DNA from: a virus
IMG/VR virus record: IMGVR_UViG_3300001679_000053
Coordinates: 38,519-102,518 of that record
Strand: one strand, 5' to 3'
DNA: 64,000 nt
Below the pieces are notes generated by a model, which made no database searches, was not told where the DNA came from, and was given only the letters and a program-made list of their open reading frames with translations. Shown piece by piece: positions 38,925 through 48,580 of this stretch (position 1 is the first letter of the stretch; every line of letters starts with the position of its first letter). Position numbers and translations under genes: made by a program.

Positions 38925-39263
38925 TTATGTGTTTGCGTCAATTGTTTTGGTTTTTGTGGCCTTTCTACGTGGTTTACGAGTGGTGGACCTCTTTTTGAAG
39001 GTAGTCTTCGTGGTTGTTTTTGCTTTCAACTCTGGCACAGTTGCTTCTACCTCTTTCGGTGGTACAACTGGCGCTGCCTCCAGAACTGGGGCCACTTCAA
39101 CTTTTGCAACCGTCTTAGGTGTGGGGGCTACAACTTTTATTACTGGCTCTTTAGTAACAGTTTCAGTTTCAGACGCTGCTAAAATTGCTCGCATTCTCGG
39201 ATGGTTGCTGTGTTTAGCTGCAAACTTTTTAGTTGCGGACAACATTCTTCTTTTCTTTCCCAT
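38925..39263 (-). CDS. small basic, low-complexity hypothetical protein
   Basis: GAGGAG RBS; Lys/Thr/Pro-rich. Confidence 0.6.
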   Translation of the reverse strand: MGKKRRMLSATKKFAAKHSNHPRMRAILAASETETVTKEPVIKVVAPTPKTVAKVEVAPVLEAAPVVPPKEVEATVPELKAKTTTKTTFKKRSTTRKPRRKATKTKTIDANT

Positions 39264-39291
39264 GGGAACTCCTCTATGTTTAGTTCAGTAG

Positions 39292-39298
39292 TAAATAG
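39292..39298 (-). promoter_or_regulatory. putative late promoter motif CTANTTA
   Basis: CTATTTA upstream of 39263 start. Confidence 0.55.
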
Positions 39299-39380
39299 TT
39301 GATATCTCGCCTAAACGAAAAAAAAGGAAAATCTCAAAAAATGGGCGCCGGAAAAAATTTGGCAGATCGACATTTTGAAG

Positions 39381-39411
39381 AAAAACCCCCCAACCCAAAA
39401 GGGAAGGGGGG
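39381..39411 (-). terminator. intrinsic terminator
   Basis: CCCCCC..CCC-TTTT-GGG..GGGGGG-TTTTT. Confidence 0.7.
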
Positions 39412-39437
39412 AAAATAAAAATATATTTTAAATCAGA

Positions 39438-39872
39438 TTAACTAGCAGACCATGATCCGGCTGCGGCGGTATATCCCGATGCATACCAATTAGTTCCATC
39501 AGAAACTAACTCTAACCAGTCACCAGCCACAGCGCTTGTCGAAATAACGATGGTCTGTCCAGCCATCGAAATTCCGGTGCCAGCATCTGCGGCGATTTCA
39601 CCCAGAATAACTGATGTGGTGGCTGCAATATCCGACTGAGTGGTGCTATTTTTCAAACAAAACTTGAAGTTTAACCCCGCCTCTCCAACTGCCGGCAATG
39701 TTACATCTACTTGCGCCGTTGTATCCATGATAATGACTTTACCGCTGTCGGCCGCCGTTAAAGTTGTATCAGCTGTTAAAGTTCTAACAGCTACATTGCG
39801 TCGACGCAAATCATTTTGGTTTTCGTTAATCAGGCTACGAATTCGTGCCCAACCTACTCTTTTTGTTCCCAT
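39438..39872 (-). CDS. putative capsid decoration / fibre-domain protein
   Basis: TLTAADSGKVI..VTLPA...ELVSDGTNWY domain shared with the 43-50 kb cluster; follows MCP. Confidence 0.6.
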   Translation of the reverse strand: MGTKRVGWARIRSLINENQNDLRRRNVAVRTLTADTTLTAADSGKVIIMDTTAQVDVTLPAVGEAGLNFKFCLKNSTTQSDIAATTSVILGEIAADAGTGISMAGQTIVISTSAVAGDWLELVSDGTNWYASGYTAAAGSWSAS

Positions 39873-39937
39873 AATATATGTTCTCCTTATAAAATATTAA
39901 TCAGGTCAATTAACGAAAGGATTTCTCCTCTCGCACA

Positions 39938-39944
39938 TAAGTAG
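39938..39944 (-). promoter_or_regulatory. putative late promoter motif CTANTTA
   Basis: CTACTTA directly after the MCP terminator. Confidence 0.55.
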
Positions 39945-39952
39945 TTCTACCC

Positions 39953-39986
39953 AAAATGAAAGCCCCCGTTAAAAAACGGAGGCTTT
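39953..39986 (-). terminator. intrinsic terminator of the MCP operon
   Basis: AAAGCCTCCGTT-TTTT-AACGGGGGCTTT-CATTTT. Confidence 0.75.
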
Positions 39987-40014
39987 GCATTATAGTAGGT
40001 TACTAAGCTATTGT

Positions 40015-41805
40015 TTAGCTAGTAGCGCCGGCTTCGCCGAGCATACCGCGCACAACAACAAGTCCATACATATCAGGACGAACCATCTTCTTCGCGTAAC
40101 GAGTCATCACGCCCTTGCGAGGCACGAAGTCTTCCGGTCCGAAGATCGTAGGTGTGGTCTGCAGTGGAACGTACGGTGCGTACACGTATCCGCTTTCAAG
40201 GAAAGAGGAACCGCGACGGCCGATGAGGACCACATTGCGGAGGAAGTACGGGTCAACAATGACATCGAACTTCTTGCTCAAGGAACCAACCTTGACTGAA
40301 CCAATACTACCCTTATCGTCGTCAGCAGTGACGGAAGCACGGAATCCAGCGGTGAACTCAAGGACGTTAGCAACTTCAGGTCCGCAGACAACAAAGTTAG
40401 CTCCGCCGCGAAGAGTCTTGCGGTGAATCTGTGCAGACACATCATTGATGGTCTCAACGAGAGTCTCGTACCACTCGGATACTGTACCGGTGAAGTCGGG
40501 AGCCGCAGAAGCAGCACCGATCTCAACGCCAGTAACCTTGTTCAAGAACAAGCCAGGTGAACGCGACCAGTAGTAGGTAGCAGCGGAAGCGCCATTAACA
40601 AGGTCACCAATGATCTCGCGATCAATCTCAAGAGCAATCTGCTCAGAGAGGATACTTGTAAGCTCAACCTCGGCATCAAGGTTGTGGTAGGCGTTAAGGT
40701 CTTGACCTAACTCCGGAGTCCACTTAGCCTTGAGCTTCTTGGTACTAGCGGTGACAGCCACGGAATCGACTTTGATGTCAATCTCGGGGATATCAGCGTT
40801 GTTCTCAAGTCCCCACTCGGCAGCACCAACGACAGCACCAATGGCGCTAGCAGCGTTGAAGTTGTCACGAATTGGAACCTGAACCGTGGTACCAGCCAAT
40901 GAAATGGTAGTAGACGCAGAAACTGCGATAGAAACCAGACGGACAGCAGAACCAGTGGCGGTATTAGCCTCAGTCGAGTCAACAAGCTGAGTTAAGCGAC
41001 GAATTTGACGCCATCCAGCAACACCCATGGCAACAGCAGTGTTCGCGGGGCTAACCGTAAACGCACCAAGGTTGTCGAAATCAGCATCTTGCTGAACATA
41101 ACTTGTCTTATCAGTATCCCAAACACAAACTTTGTAGTTTGTGCCTGAACCCGACAGGGCAAGAATATCAGGGTCGAAAACAATGAGCTTCTTCTGAGCC
41201 TCAGTTGCTGAATTAACAGCAAACTGAGCCTTGATGACACCAGTGTTTGCGTGTGCAGCACAAGCGACGGAACCGGTTGGGGAACCATAGGCATAACCGC
41301 GAGCAGAAACGGTACGAGGACCAGAAAGGTCAATACCAGAACTACTGAGCAGGTTAAGTCCGCCGGTCAACTGTGAACCAACCTTGTCACCACCATAGAT
41401 GGAGCCAGTGCCAGCAACGTTGCCGAAGCGACGGGTTTGTGCACCCTCGGTACCACCGAGATCTCCTGAGAACGTGAAGTCCAGGAAGAAGATGAGACCG
41501 CTTGGCAGACTCATCGGCTGAACACTAACAAGATCGTTAGCGATCAGACCCGCGAAGACACGGCGAACGATGGGGAATGCGACGGCAGCAAAGCCCTCAA
41601 CATCTCCAGCGGCCATGGAAGAACCCTCACGGAGAAGCTCTTTTGCTTGATTTTCAAGCAAACGAGCCATAGCTTGGCGGGATCGATCCTTTTCTATTCC
41701 TTCGAGTAGACCAGTCTTCTCCCACTTACTTAATAGTGCGTGCCCTTCTGCACGCATATCTCTGTTGACCATACCTTCGGTCAACCTTTCAACAATACCA
41801 GACAT
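40015..41805 (-). CDS. major capsid protein (T4 gp23-like)
   Basis: LLENQ, FPIVRR, VQPM..PSGLIF, LKAKWTPELGQDLNAYH.LDAE.EL, EIDREI, YAPYVPL, P.KGVMTRY. Confidence 0.97.
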   Translation of the reverse strand: MSGIVERLTEGMVNRDMRAEGHALLSKWEKTGLLEGIEKDRSRQAMARLLENQAKELLREGSSMAAGDVEGFAAVAFPIVRRVFAGLIANDLVSVQPMSLPSGLIFFLDFTFSGDLGGTEGAQTRRFGNVAGTGSIYGGDKVGSQLTGGLNLLSSSGIDLSGPRTVSARGYAYGSPTGSVACAAHANTGVIKAQFAVNSATEAQKKLIVFDPDILALSGSGTNYKVCVWDTDKTSYVQQDADFDNLGAFTVSPANTAVAMGVAGWRQIRRLTQLVDSTEANTATGSAVRLVSIAVSASTTISLAGTTVQVPIRDNFNAASAIGAVVGAAEWGLENNADIPEIDIKVDSVAVTASTKKLKAKWTPELGQDLNAYHNLDAEVELTSILSEQIALEIDREIIGDLVNGASAATYYWSRSPGLFLNKVTGVEIGAASAAPDFTGTVSEWYETLVETINDVSAQIHRKTLRGGANFVVCGPEVANVLEFTAGFRASVTADDDKGSIGSVKVGSLSKKFDVIVDPYFLRNVVLIGRRGSSFLESGYVYAPYVPLQTTPTIFGPEDFVPRKGVMTRYAKKMVRPDMYGLVVVRGMLGEAGATS

Positions 41806-41832
41806 TTAAAATTACCTCCTTAAATTTAATGA

Positions 41833-43062
41833 TTATTTTATTCCAGCTAATCTTTTCATCCGTTCTTGTAATGGATCGGATGAAGGCGTCTCTTTACGAG
41901 AAGCCCTGATTGTAGAAGACCGGCGACTGATTACTTCGCTAAGTGATTGTGGGCTACGTTTTGGTGTGGCCACCACTGTGCTTTGAAGTGTTTCAAAGAT
42001 CGTCCTTGCTTCTGGGGCTGAACCGGCGTTGGAAATCGCTTCGACAATTTTATCTTTTTGTCGCTCATTTAAGGAGGTATTTCGTAAAATACGGTTCGTA
42101 TAAAGCAAACGAGCATTTGAAAGATTTACGTCATGAAGACCTTCTTTCAATTCTTGCACCGCTAGCTTATATTGTGTGTTTTGCTCATTGAGTTGTTTAT
42201 TTTCGAAAACCAACTCTTCTTGAGCTTTCTTTAAAGTTTCTAAATCGTCTTGTAGATCGGTGCTGCGGCGGTGGGCGATTTCTTTTTCCATCTCCCACTT
42301 CATGCTCTCGGATGAGCGGCCGGCCCAGCCCGATAGGGTAGCTCCCATGTCTACAGTAAGTTTTTCTATGATGGCATCAGTAAGGGAGTCAATATCGAAC
42401 TTCTCTTCCAAGCCTTTTTGTGCAGCATCGGTGGCTGCAATACCTGAAGCTGACGCCGTTTCCGCTTCGGCACTAGATGAACCTTCGTCATCTTCATCAT
42501 CGTCGTCGTCGTCGGTGTCGCCTGACTCTTGTGTGTCAAATAGGTTATCTTCTGGCGCGCTGAGGCCGGCTACTTCGACAATCTCGTCGTCCTCGTCCTC
42601 GTCATCGGCGCAATCATCGCCCTCTTCCGAAAGTATGTTTGCAATATCGTCGGCTGTGATGTCAAACTCTTGGTTCTCATTTATTTCATCACCTAACGCA
42701 GCAACAGCCTCTTGGAGAGCGCCTAAATCAATAGTAACGTCTATTTGCTCGCCTTGGTGGGGGAAGTCTTTTAAATTTTTGCCCTCTAAGTCCGAAAAAT
42801 CATCCGTGGCGGCCAGAGGGATCTCATTATCCTCATCAATTGTGTCTTCGGTTCCAGGCTCGGCAGGTTCGGTACCAAGATCAGGCATTTCACCACCCAG
42901 ATCAGGCATTTCGCCACCCAGATCGTCTTGCTCCAACAAATTATCCAAAGTTTCTTTAACTTCTTGCGAGTATTTTTCAATAACCGCAGTTTCGGCGTTC
43001 TTTAAGGCTGCTTCGCGCAGTGCCTTGGCGTCGATGATTGCTTCACTGAGCAAAGTAGACAT
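41833..43062 (-). CDS. prohead core / scaffold protein
   Basis: acidic coiled coil upstream of MCP; NLSNARLLY.N; ends RMKRLAGIK; start 43062 after AGGAG. Confidence 0.8.
   Translation of the reverse strand: MSTLLSEAIIDAKALREAALKNAETAVIEKYSQEVKETLDNLLEQDDLGGEMPDLGGEMPDLGTEPAEPGTEDTIDEDNEIPLAATDDFSDLEGKNLKDFPHQGEQIDVTIDLGALQEAVAALGDEINENQEFDITADDIANILSEEGDDCADDEDEDDEIVEVAGLSAPEDNLFDTQESGDTDDDDDDEDDEGSSSAEAETASASGIAATDAAQKGLEEKFDIDSLTDAIIEKLTVDMGATLSGWAGRSSESMKWEMEKEIAHRRSTDLQDDLETLKKAQEELVFENKQLNEQNTQYKLAVQELKEGLHDVNLSNARLLYTNRILRNTSLNERQKDKIVEAISNAGSAPEARTIFETLQSTVVATPKRSPQSLSEVISRRSSTIRASRKETPSSDPLQERMKRLAGIK
42875..42924. repeat. 21-bp tandem repeat (DLGGEMP) in scaffold gene
   Basis: AGATCAGGCATTTC(A/G)CCACCC x2 plus partial copy. 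Confidence 0.7.
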
Positions 43063-43095
43063 GAATTGACTCCTAATATGACAATAGTTCACAAA

Positions 43096-43102
43096 TAAGT
43101 AG
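43096..43102 (-). promoter_or_regulatory. putative late promoter motif CTANTTA
   Basis: CTACTTA upstream of scaffold-MCP operon. Confidence 0.55.
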
Positions 43103-43139
43103 TATTACTGTGTGGTAAAGCCCATTTTTAATAATATGT

Positions 43140-45722
43140 CTACCACGTACTAATCGCCACCTTCTTCCATGTATCGGTAGCGACACAAACATAAATATAG
43201 CCCGCATCCCATCTAATCTCACCTTGGACTCCAAAGTCAGATGCGCTTGAAGGGGTACTGGCTGTTCGAATTCGAATTGTGTTATCGTTGATATCCAGTT
43301 TTACAAGAGGTGTATCAGTGTTAATTCCTATCTTGTCTGCAGATCCATCCACGTATAACATATGGGTGTTGTTATCACTCTCGACGCGGAAGTCAACAAG
43401 AGAATCAGATGTTTGATTGACAACGACTTCAGGGACGGCGCCGTCTAGACGAAAGCCTTCACGAATGGTTCCGTTATCATTTGCCTTCAAGACGATATGT
43501 TTGTTGGTAGTATTATTTTGAATTAAAAGGTTATCTGAAGAATTATAGCCCATCTGGCCGAGGCCGGCGCCATCACTGCCGCTAAATTGGAGGGTGGGCT
43601 CTATGTCCTGCAGGATGAGGCTACCTGAAGCGAAGACCTGTCCGCTTCCGCTTACATAGAAGGCGGGATTTTTAGTGTCACTTTTAAGAGAAATTAGTTG
43701 ATCACTCTTCGAGCCGCTTACATTTAACTTGGCATCAAGATGTGCGCCGCCAACTACAACCTTACCCGATCCGGTGATCGCCAGTAAAATTGGGTTTGCA
43801 GGAGTTTCGAAAATTGCTAAAACCGAACTATTCGCACCGCTGACATGGAGTTTTGCATTGGAATCGATCTCGGGGCCAATGTCAACGGTGCCGGCAATAT
43901 TTAAATCCGCATTCACCTGAGTTTCTACAGAGGCAGTTATTGTGTTGGTTAGGCCGTCCAACCTAAGATACTCAGTACCGGTGGTTCCCCCCGTTGTTAC
44001 TTCGAATAGCATATAGCCGGATTCGCTAGTGTTGGTGGGGGATCCTATTTTAGTACTTATCTTACTGTATTGTGTGCGGTTGGTGGCTGAGTCGTTGGCT
44101 TTGAACATGACGCCCCCCACAAAATCATCAACTGCACCAGCGGAGCCGGCGCGCGTATTCTGTAAAATAGCAACCCCTCCATAAGCGTCGTCGGCCACGT
44201 TAGAAACCTCGATTATCGGGTTCACGCTGCTTTGTACAGCCAAGGTGGCTCCATCAAAAGTAAGGTTGGCTTCTCCGTTAATGGAACCAGCGCCAGCAGA
44301 GGTCAAGACATAATTATCAGTCGCGTTGTTATAAGCGGTGACAATTTCTGCTGCGCCATTTGCAGCCGATGTCAAGCGACCTTGCGCGTCCACTGTTATG
44401 TCTGCCTTAATATAACTTCCCGCCGAAACTGCGGTATTGTCCAAAGTAAGTGTGACAGTATCAGTAGCGGCTGCTAGTGAAGTTAAACCTGTGCCGCCGG
44501 CCACGGTGAGAGTGTTTCCATTATCAACTGTTTGTGTTCCACTGTCGCCGGCTAAAGTAAATGAGGGAGTACCGCTTGCAGCTGAAGTGAGGCGCCCTTG
44601 TGCATCTACCGTTATTGCAGAAAAAGTATAAGATCCAGCGCTAACAGAAGTATTATCAAGCGCAAGCGTCACGGTATCTGTGGCTGCGGCGGTCGAAGTA
44701 AGACCAGTTCCACCTGCCACGGTGAGCGTATTGCCATTATCGATGGCCTGGGAAGAGCCACCATCGGCTGCTAATGTAAAGGATGGGGTGCCGCTTGCAG
44801 CTGAAGTAAGGCGACCTTGGGCATCAACAGTTATGGCTGAAAAGGTATATGAGCCTGCGCTAACAGCCGTATTATCAAGCGCAATCGACACAGTGTCTGT
44901 GGCCGCGGCAGTTGTAGTTAATCCTGTGCCGCCTGCAACCGTCAAAGTATTACCGTCTGCGATTGCTTGCGAAGAGCCACCGTCTCCAGCTAATGTAAAA
45001 CCAGACATGGTGCCCACTCCGGAGAGATTTGCTCCATTTCCGTAAAAAGCAGAACCAGAAACATTTCCGGAGGCAGAAATTGCTCCAGTCACAGCCAAAA
45101 TGGTACCGTTATATGTTAGGGTGGTAGTCCCTTGTGCTGTGTTGGCGTCACTCCAGCGTGCAATTTGGTTTGCAACAGGTGTGCCGCTAGCGTCCACCAG
45201 CGTGCTTCCCCATACGCGTGAGTCAACCTCATCAGTTAAGAGAGTGCTGCCATTATAAACCACGACAGTGTTATCTGTTCCGGCTGCCACATTCGGAATA
45301 TTAACCGTGGCAGCGTTAATCGTCACACTATCGCCGCTAGCATCTCCAAGAGTAGTGTTACCTGTAGATGATAGCCCTGCGACTGCTAGCGACGTCCCAT
45401 CAAAGGTCATGTTAGAAGAACCGGCTAGGGCTCCTCCATTATTATACTGAACCTGGGTGGTTGACCCTGCCGGCGAGATACCGGCTGCGGGCACTCCTGT
45501 GATCCCGGCGCCGTCACCGGTGAAGGTTCCGGCATAAATGCCGGCAGAAGCTGAAAAAATCACCGATGCGGTAATAGCGGAAGAAGAAACAATCAGTCGC
45601 TGAATGTTATTGGTTTTAAGTGCAATAAAATCGTCTTCGAAATCAATCTGGGTTTCTGCGGGATCTCCGTCGTAATGAATATCCCCGAAGTTCTGTGTGC
45701 CTTTGTTGCTATTATAAGCCAT
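43140..45722 (-). CDS. fibre-like virion protein with internal repeats
   Basis: Gly/Ser/Thr-rich; three ~72-aa repeats; C-terminal GEIRWD..YIYVCVATDTWKKVAISTW fibre-end motif. Confidence 0.75.
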   Translation of the reverse strand: MAYNSNKGTQNFGDIHYDGDPAETQIDFEDDFIALKTNNIQRLIVSSSAITASVIFSASAGIYAGTFTGDGAGITGVPAAGISPAGSTTQVQYNNGGALAGSSNMTFDGTSLAVAGLSSTGNTTLGDASGDSVTINAATVNIPNVAAGTDNTVVVYNGSTLLTDEVDSRVWGSTLVDASGTPVANQIARWSDANTAQGTTTLTYNGTILAVTGAISASGNVSGSAFYGNGANLSGVGTMSGFTLAGDGGSSQAIADGNTLTVAGGTGLTTTAAATDTVSIALDNTAVSAGSYTFSAITVDAQGRLTSAASGTPSFTLAADGGSSQAIDNGNTLTVAGGTGLTSTAAATDTVTLALDNTSVSAGSYTFSAITVDAQGRLTSAASGTPSFTLAGDSGTQTVDNGNTLTVAGGTGLTSLAAATDTVTLTLDNTAVSAGSYIKADITVDAQGRLTSAANGAAEIVTAYNNATDNYVLTSAGAGSINGEANLTFDGATLAVQSSVNPIIEVSNVADDAYGGVAILQNTRAGSAGAVDDFVGGVMFKANDSATNRTQYSKISTKIGSPTNTSESGYMLFEVTTGGTTGTEYLRLDGLTNTITASVETQVNADLNIAGTVDIGPEIDSNAKLHVSGANSSVLAIFETPANPILLAITGSGKVVVGGAHLDAKLNVSGSKSDQLISLKSDTKNPAFYVSGSGQVFASGSLILQDIEPTLQFSGSDGAGLGQMGYNSSDNLLIQNNTTNKHIVLKANDNGTIREGFRLDGAVPEVVVNQTSDSLVDFRVESDNNTHMLYVDGSADKIGINTDTPLVKLDINDNTIRIRTASTPSSASDFGVQGEIRWDAGYIYVCVATDTWKKVAISTW
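44355..45000 (-). repeat. three tandem ~215-bp coding repeats
   Basis: FTLAGDGG...GNTLTVAGGTGLT..AAATDTV...LDNT.VSAGSY....ITVDAQGRLTSAA x3. Confidence 0.85.
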
Positions 45723-45743
45723 TGTGTTGTATTTCCTTTATAT

Positions 45744-45750
45744 TAATTAG
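45744..45750 (-). promoter_or_regulatory. putative late promoter motif CTANTTA
   Basis: CTAATTA upstream of 45722 start. Confidence 0.55.
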
Positions 45751-45752
45751 TC

Positions 45753-46880
45753 TCACGTTCCTTTAGCTCCTATTATCCACCAGTTCTCTCCATCGGACTG
45801 CAAGCTGCGGGATGCATAATTAGTTTTTAGAATAATTTCATCTTTACTATCAATTGTGCCCTCCACTGCTCTTATCCGAATGGGATAGGAACGAAGATTT
45901 TCTGTGTCTGTGTTGGCTTTTTTTATATTTAAGACGCGGCCTACACTATTACACGCCGGTGGTAACGTAATAGTTATAGACGTTGCAACGGTGTCACACA
46001 CCAGGGTGTAATCTGTAGGACTTACTTCGTAGGATTTTAAGGAGACTTTTGATATATTTTTGATTACTTTACCAGTGCACTTCAGTTCCCCTTCAATAAG
46101 GGCTGCTGTGGCTATTACTTTACCTTCAACCTTCAAAGCCTCTTTGGTAGTACAGTAGGACAGCTTAGGAGAAGAGGAAAAGCCACGCTTGCCTTTAAGT
46201 TGAATTTCAGAGATGGCGCCGGCGGGGTGAGGTATCTTGTTGCTCATATAATTGTCATATAGATTCGAGAGTGTGGTGTGCCAGATGCCAGCGCGGTCAG
46301 CATCCCCAACCAAGATGACGTCTTGATCGCTCAGATTCTGCCCACCAGTAGTAATGGATGGTGATTTATTGGTATCCAGAATTAATTTATTATCTTTAAC
46401 ACTTATACCACTATTAACGCCCAAGTTGATACTAAGTCCCTCCTCGTCGTTTTGAAGAGCGCCATCAACTTTCGGCTGGAGGGATCCCCCTACCACATGC
46501 AGACCGGGGCCCAGCTTTAAATGGTCTCCGGAGATTAACCCGTTGAAATTATCCGATGGTATATCTGTAAGTTCTGCTCCTGAGCCGCTATAGCTTTCAG
46601 CACAAACATGTTTAGCGTTTAATGAGTTTCCATCATAAGTCAGTGTGTGATAAACTTTTGCTGTGTTGTCGCCGTTAAGGGTCAACACACCATTTTTCGT
46701 GGCGCCGATAACTGTAGTTATGGCAACATCTTTGAGGGTAGCACACGGGCTTTGCGCGTCGGTATCATAAAATACGCTAGCGCTTATGGTATTTTTAAAA
46801 ACCTTTATGCCGTCGATTTCTTGATCTGCGTGTTGGTCGACTGACCCCTCTACCGTACCCTTTAGAACATTATAAGCCAT
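45753..46880 (-). CDS. fibre/decoration-like virion protein (MAYN family)
   Basis: MAYN start; C-terminal DYTLVCDT..ITITLP...G..L.IK...ID...L.SDG.NW domain. Confidence 0.65.
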   Translation of the reverse strand: MAYNVLKGTVEGSVDQHADQEIDGIKVFKNTISASVFYDTDAQSPCATLKDVAITTVIGATKNGVLTLNGDNTAKVYHTLTYDGNSLNAKHVCAESYSGSGAELTDIPSDNFNGLISGDHLKLGPGLHVVGGSLQPKVDGALQNDEEGLSINLGVNSGISVKDNKLILDTNKSPSITTGGQNLSDQDVILVGDADRAGIWHTTLSNLYDNYMSNKIPHPAGAISEIQLKGKRGFSSSPKLSYCTTKEALKVEGKVIATAALIEGELKCTGKVIKNISKVSLKSYEVSPTDYTLVCDTVATSITITLPPACNSVGRVLNIKKANTDTENLRSYPIRIRAVEGTIDSKDEIILKTNYASRSLQSDGENWWIIGAKGT

Positions 46881-46892
46881 TTGTGCTCCCCC

Positions 46893-47120
46893 TTACCGTG
46901 AAATGCGTGTCTTATCTATAACTATGAGACTGCCAAAGTTAGTATAGTTTTCCGGATAATAAGTAAAGTTATGTTGTGTTAGTGTCTCTGTCACTATTGC
47001 TTTCATTGTACTTGAATTACCTGTTATAATTCTCATTGGCCCATCGTTTAAAAGAACAAAATTCTCTACATTCCTTTGTACCGCCTCGTGATACATCCCA
47101 TGCAGATCTAATGTTTTCAT
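46893..47120 (-). CDS. stand-alone Smr (MutS2 C-terminal) domain protein
   Basis: MKTLDLHG...MRIITGNS; start 47120 after GGAG. Confidence 0.75.
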   Translation of the reverse strand: MKTLDLHGMYHEAVQRNVENFVLLNDGPMRIITGNSSTMKAIVTETLTQHNFTYYPENYTNFGSLIVIDKTRISR

Positions 47121-47135
47121 TGTAGTCTCCGCAAG

Positions 47136-47142
47136 TAAATAG
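47136..47142 (-). promoter_or_regulatory. putative late promoter motif CTANTTA
   Basis: CTATTTA between terminator and Smr RBS. Confidence 0.55.
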
Positions 47143-47146
47143 TCAC

Positions 47147-47180
47147 AAAAAAAAGGATGCCCCCCAAAAGAGGGACATCC
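47147..47180 (-). terminator. intrinsic terminator
   Basis: GGATGTCCCTC-TTTT-GGGGGGCATCC followed by T-run. Confidence 0.8.
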
Positions 47181-47218
47181 AGTAAATAAAGGCAATCTTG
47201 TAAAGACGAATAATCGAC

Positions 47219-48580
47219 TTATGTGATTAACCACTTGTCGGAACCGACATAGGTGAACGATACACCAGCATTCGGGGAAGCTAAGACCACGGTGTCTTGA
47301 CCATCAATGGTTTGAGAGCCAGCTTTCGAAACAGTGAGCGCATAGGTGTGGGCGTTTGTAGGCGCCTTAACCGTGATAACATCACCAGCGTCCGGAGAAG
47401 CAGGAAGCGTCCAAATGCGAGCAGCTGAGAATACAGCTGAACTCCAGTTCATACCTTCCACAAGGGTAGCCGCAGCATCACCGTGAGAGGTAGGAGTCGG
47501 AGAAGCGTCCGAAGAGAAAACTCCGTTGGTAGCGGTAATACCGGCACCAGCCATCGCAGTCGCAAGTTGAGCAAAGGTGTTTCTCTGAGAGCTATTGTCC
47601 GTCGCGTCGAGCCAAACGAAACTGTCGGCCGAAACGGCAAGAGTTGCAGCAGTCGGAAGTTCATTCACATCCAATGCCAAGACACCAGAAGCTGCAGACA
47701 GACCAACACCACCTAAGCCAGTAGCAACGTCGTCATTGATCATTGCATCAGTAACTTTGGTTGCACCGATTGAGATGACACCAGCGTTTAAAGTGGCGTC
47801 ACCACTCATTGCGACATATGCCGTATCAGTACCATCAGATTGAAGGAACGTGCTAGCAGCACCTTTTGCAAGAGCAGAAGGATTACCAGAAGCGTCACCA
47901 ATGATGATGGAAGCTCTAGTGAGAGCAGCCATCTTGGCAAGAGAAACAGCATCATCAGCAAGTTTTGCAGTTGTAACTGCGAGGTTGCCAATAGTTAACG
48001 CACCGCCAGAAGCGAGCGTAGCATCACCAGACAGAGCGACTTCTTCGTAGTCACTGCCGTCAGCGACAAGTAACTTGCCGGAAGTAACGTCAGGCATAAC
48101 GAAAGTAGTAGCCGTCAAAGTGGTTGCTGTAACAGCAGCCGGTGTTCCACCACCGATTGCGCCAGGGACAGCCATTGTGGCGCCACCAAGCGTAGAAGCG
48201 TTAAGGTTAGCGACAACAGTAGTTGAAGCCACCGTGAACGGTGCAGTGCCAGTTGCTTGATCCGACTCGAAAGTCAGGGCGCGCATCTCGTAAGCACCAA
48301 TGTCAAGGTTAGCAGTTGCCGTTAAGGCATCCACCGTAGCAGTGGTAAAAGTACCAGCCGCCTTGGTTTCGCCACCGATGACACAGTTATCTAACTCGCC
48401 GCCGGAAATGTAAGCAGATCCGGGATCAGCGTCTGTACCAAGCTGATCGATGTATGCGATACCGTCGATGTAGATATCTTTCCATTGCGCTGCAGCGATA
48501 CCAAGATCGAATGCATCGTCGTTTTGAGGAGAAATAGCACCACTAAGGATAGCTAACTCCGATTGAAATTTATAAGCCAT
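47219..48580 (-). CDS. fibre/decoration-like virion protein (MAYK)
   Basis: Ala/Gly/Thr-rich, SGDATL repeats, shared C-terminal TLPASP..GD.I.VK..TIDG domain; GGAGG RBS. Confidence 0.7.
   Translation of the reverse strand: MAYKFQSELAILSGAISPQNDDAFDLGIAAAQWKDIYIDGIAYIDQLGTDADPGSAYISGGELDNCVIGGETKAAGTFTTATVDALTATANLDIGAYEMRALTFESDQATGTAPFTVASTTVVANLNASTLGGATMAVPGAIGGGTPAAVTATTLTATTFVMPDVTSGKLLVADGSDYEEVALSGDATLASGGALTIGNLAVTTAKLADDAVSLAKMAALTRASIIIGDASGNPSALAKGAASTFLQSDGTDTAYVAMSGDATLNAGVISIGATKVTDAMINDDVATGLGGVGLSAASGVLALDVNELPTAATLAVSADSFVWLDATDNSSQRNTFAQLATAMAGAGITATNGVFSSDASPTPTSHGDAAATLVEGMNWSSAVFSAARIWTLPASPDAGDVITVKAPTNAHTYALTVSKAGSQTIDGQDTVVLASPNAGVSFTYVGSDKWLIT

Noticed and set aside
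42260-43069. 269-aa plus-strand ORF, and other long plus-strand ORFs such as 58342..59055
   Set aside because: Antisense shadows of well-supported minus-strand genes; Ser-rich mirror composition and no motifs.
44355-45000. Diversity-generating retroelement template/variable repeats
   Set aside because: In-frame tandem protein repeats with mostly synonymous differences; no reverse transcriptase in the window.
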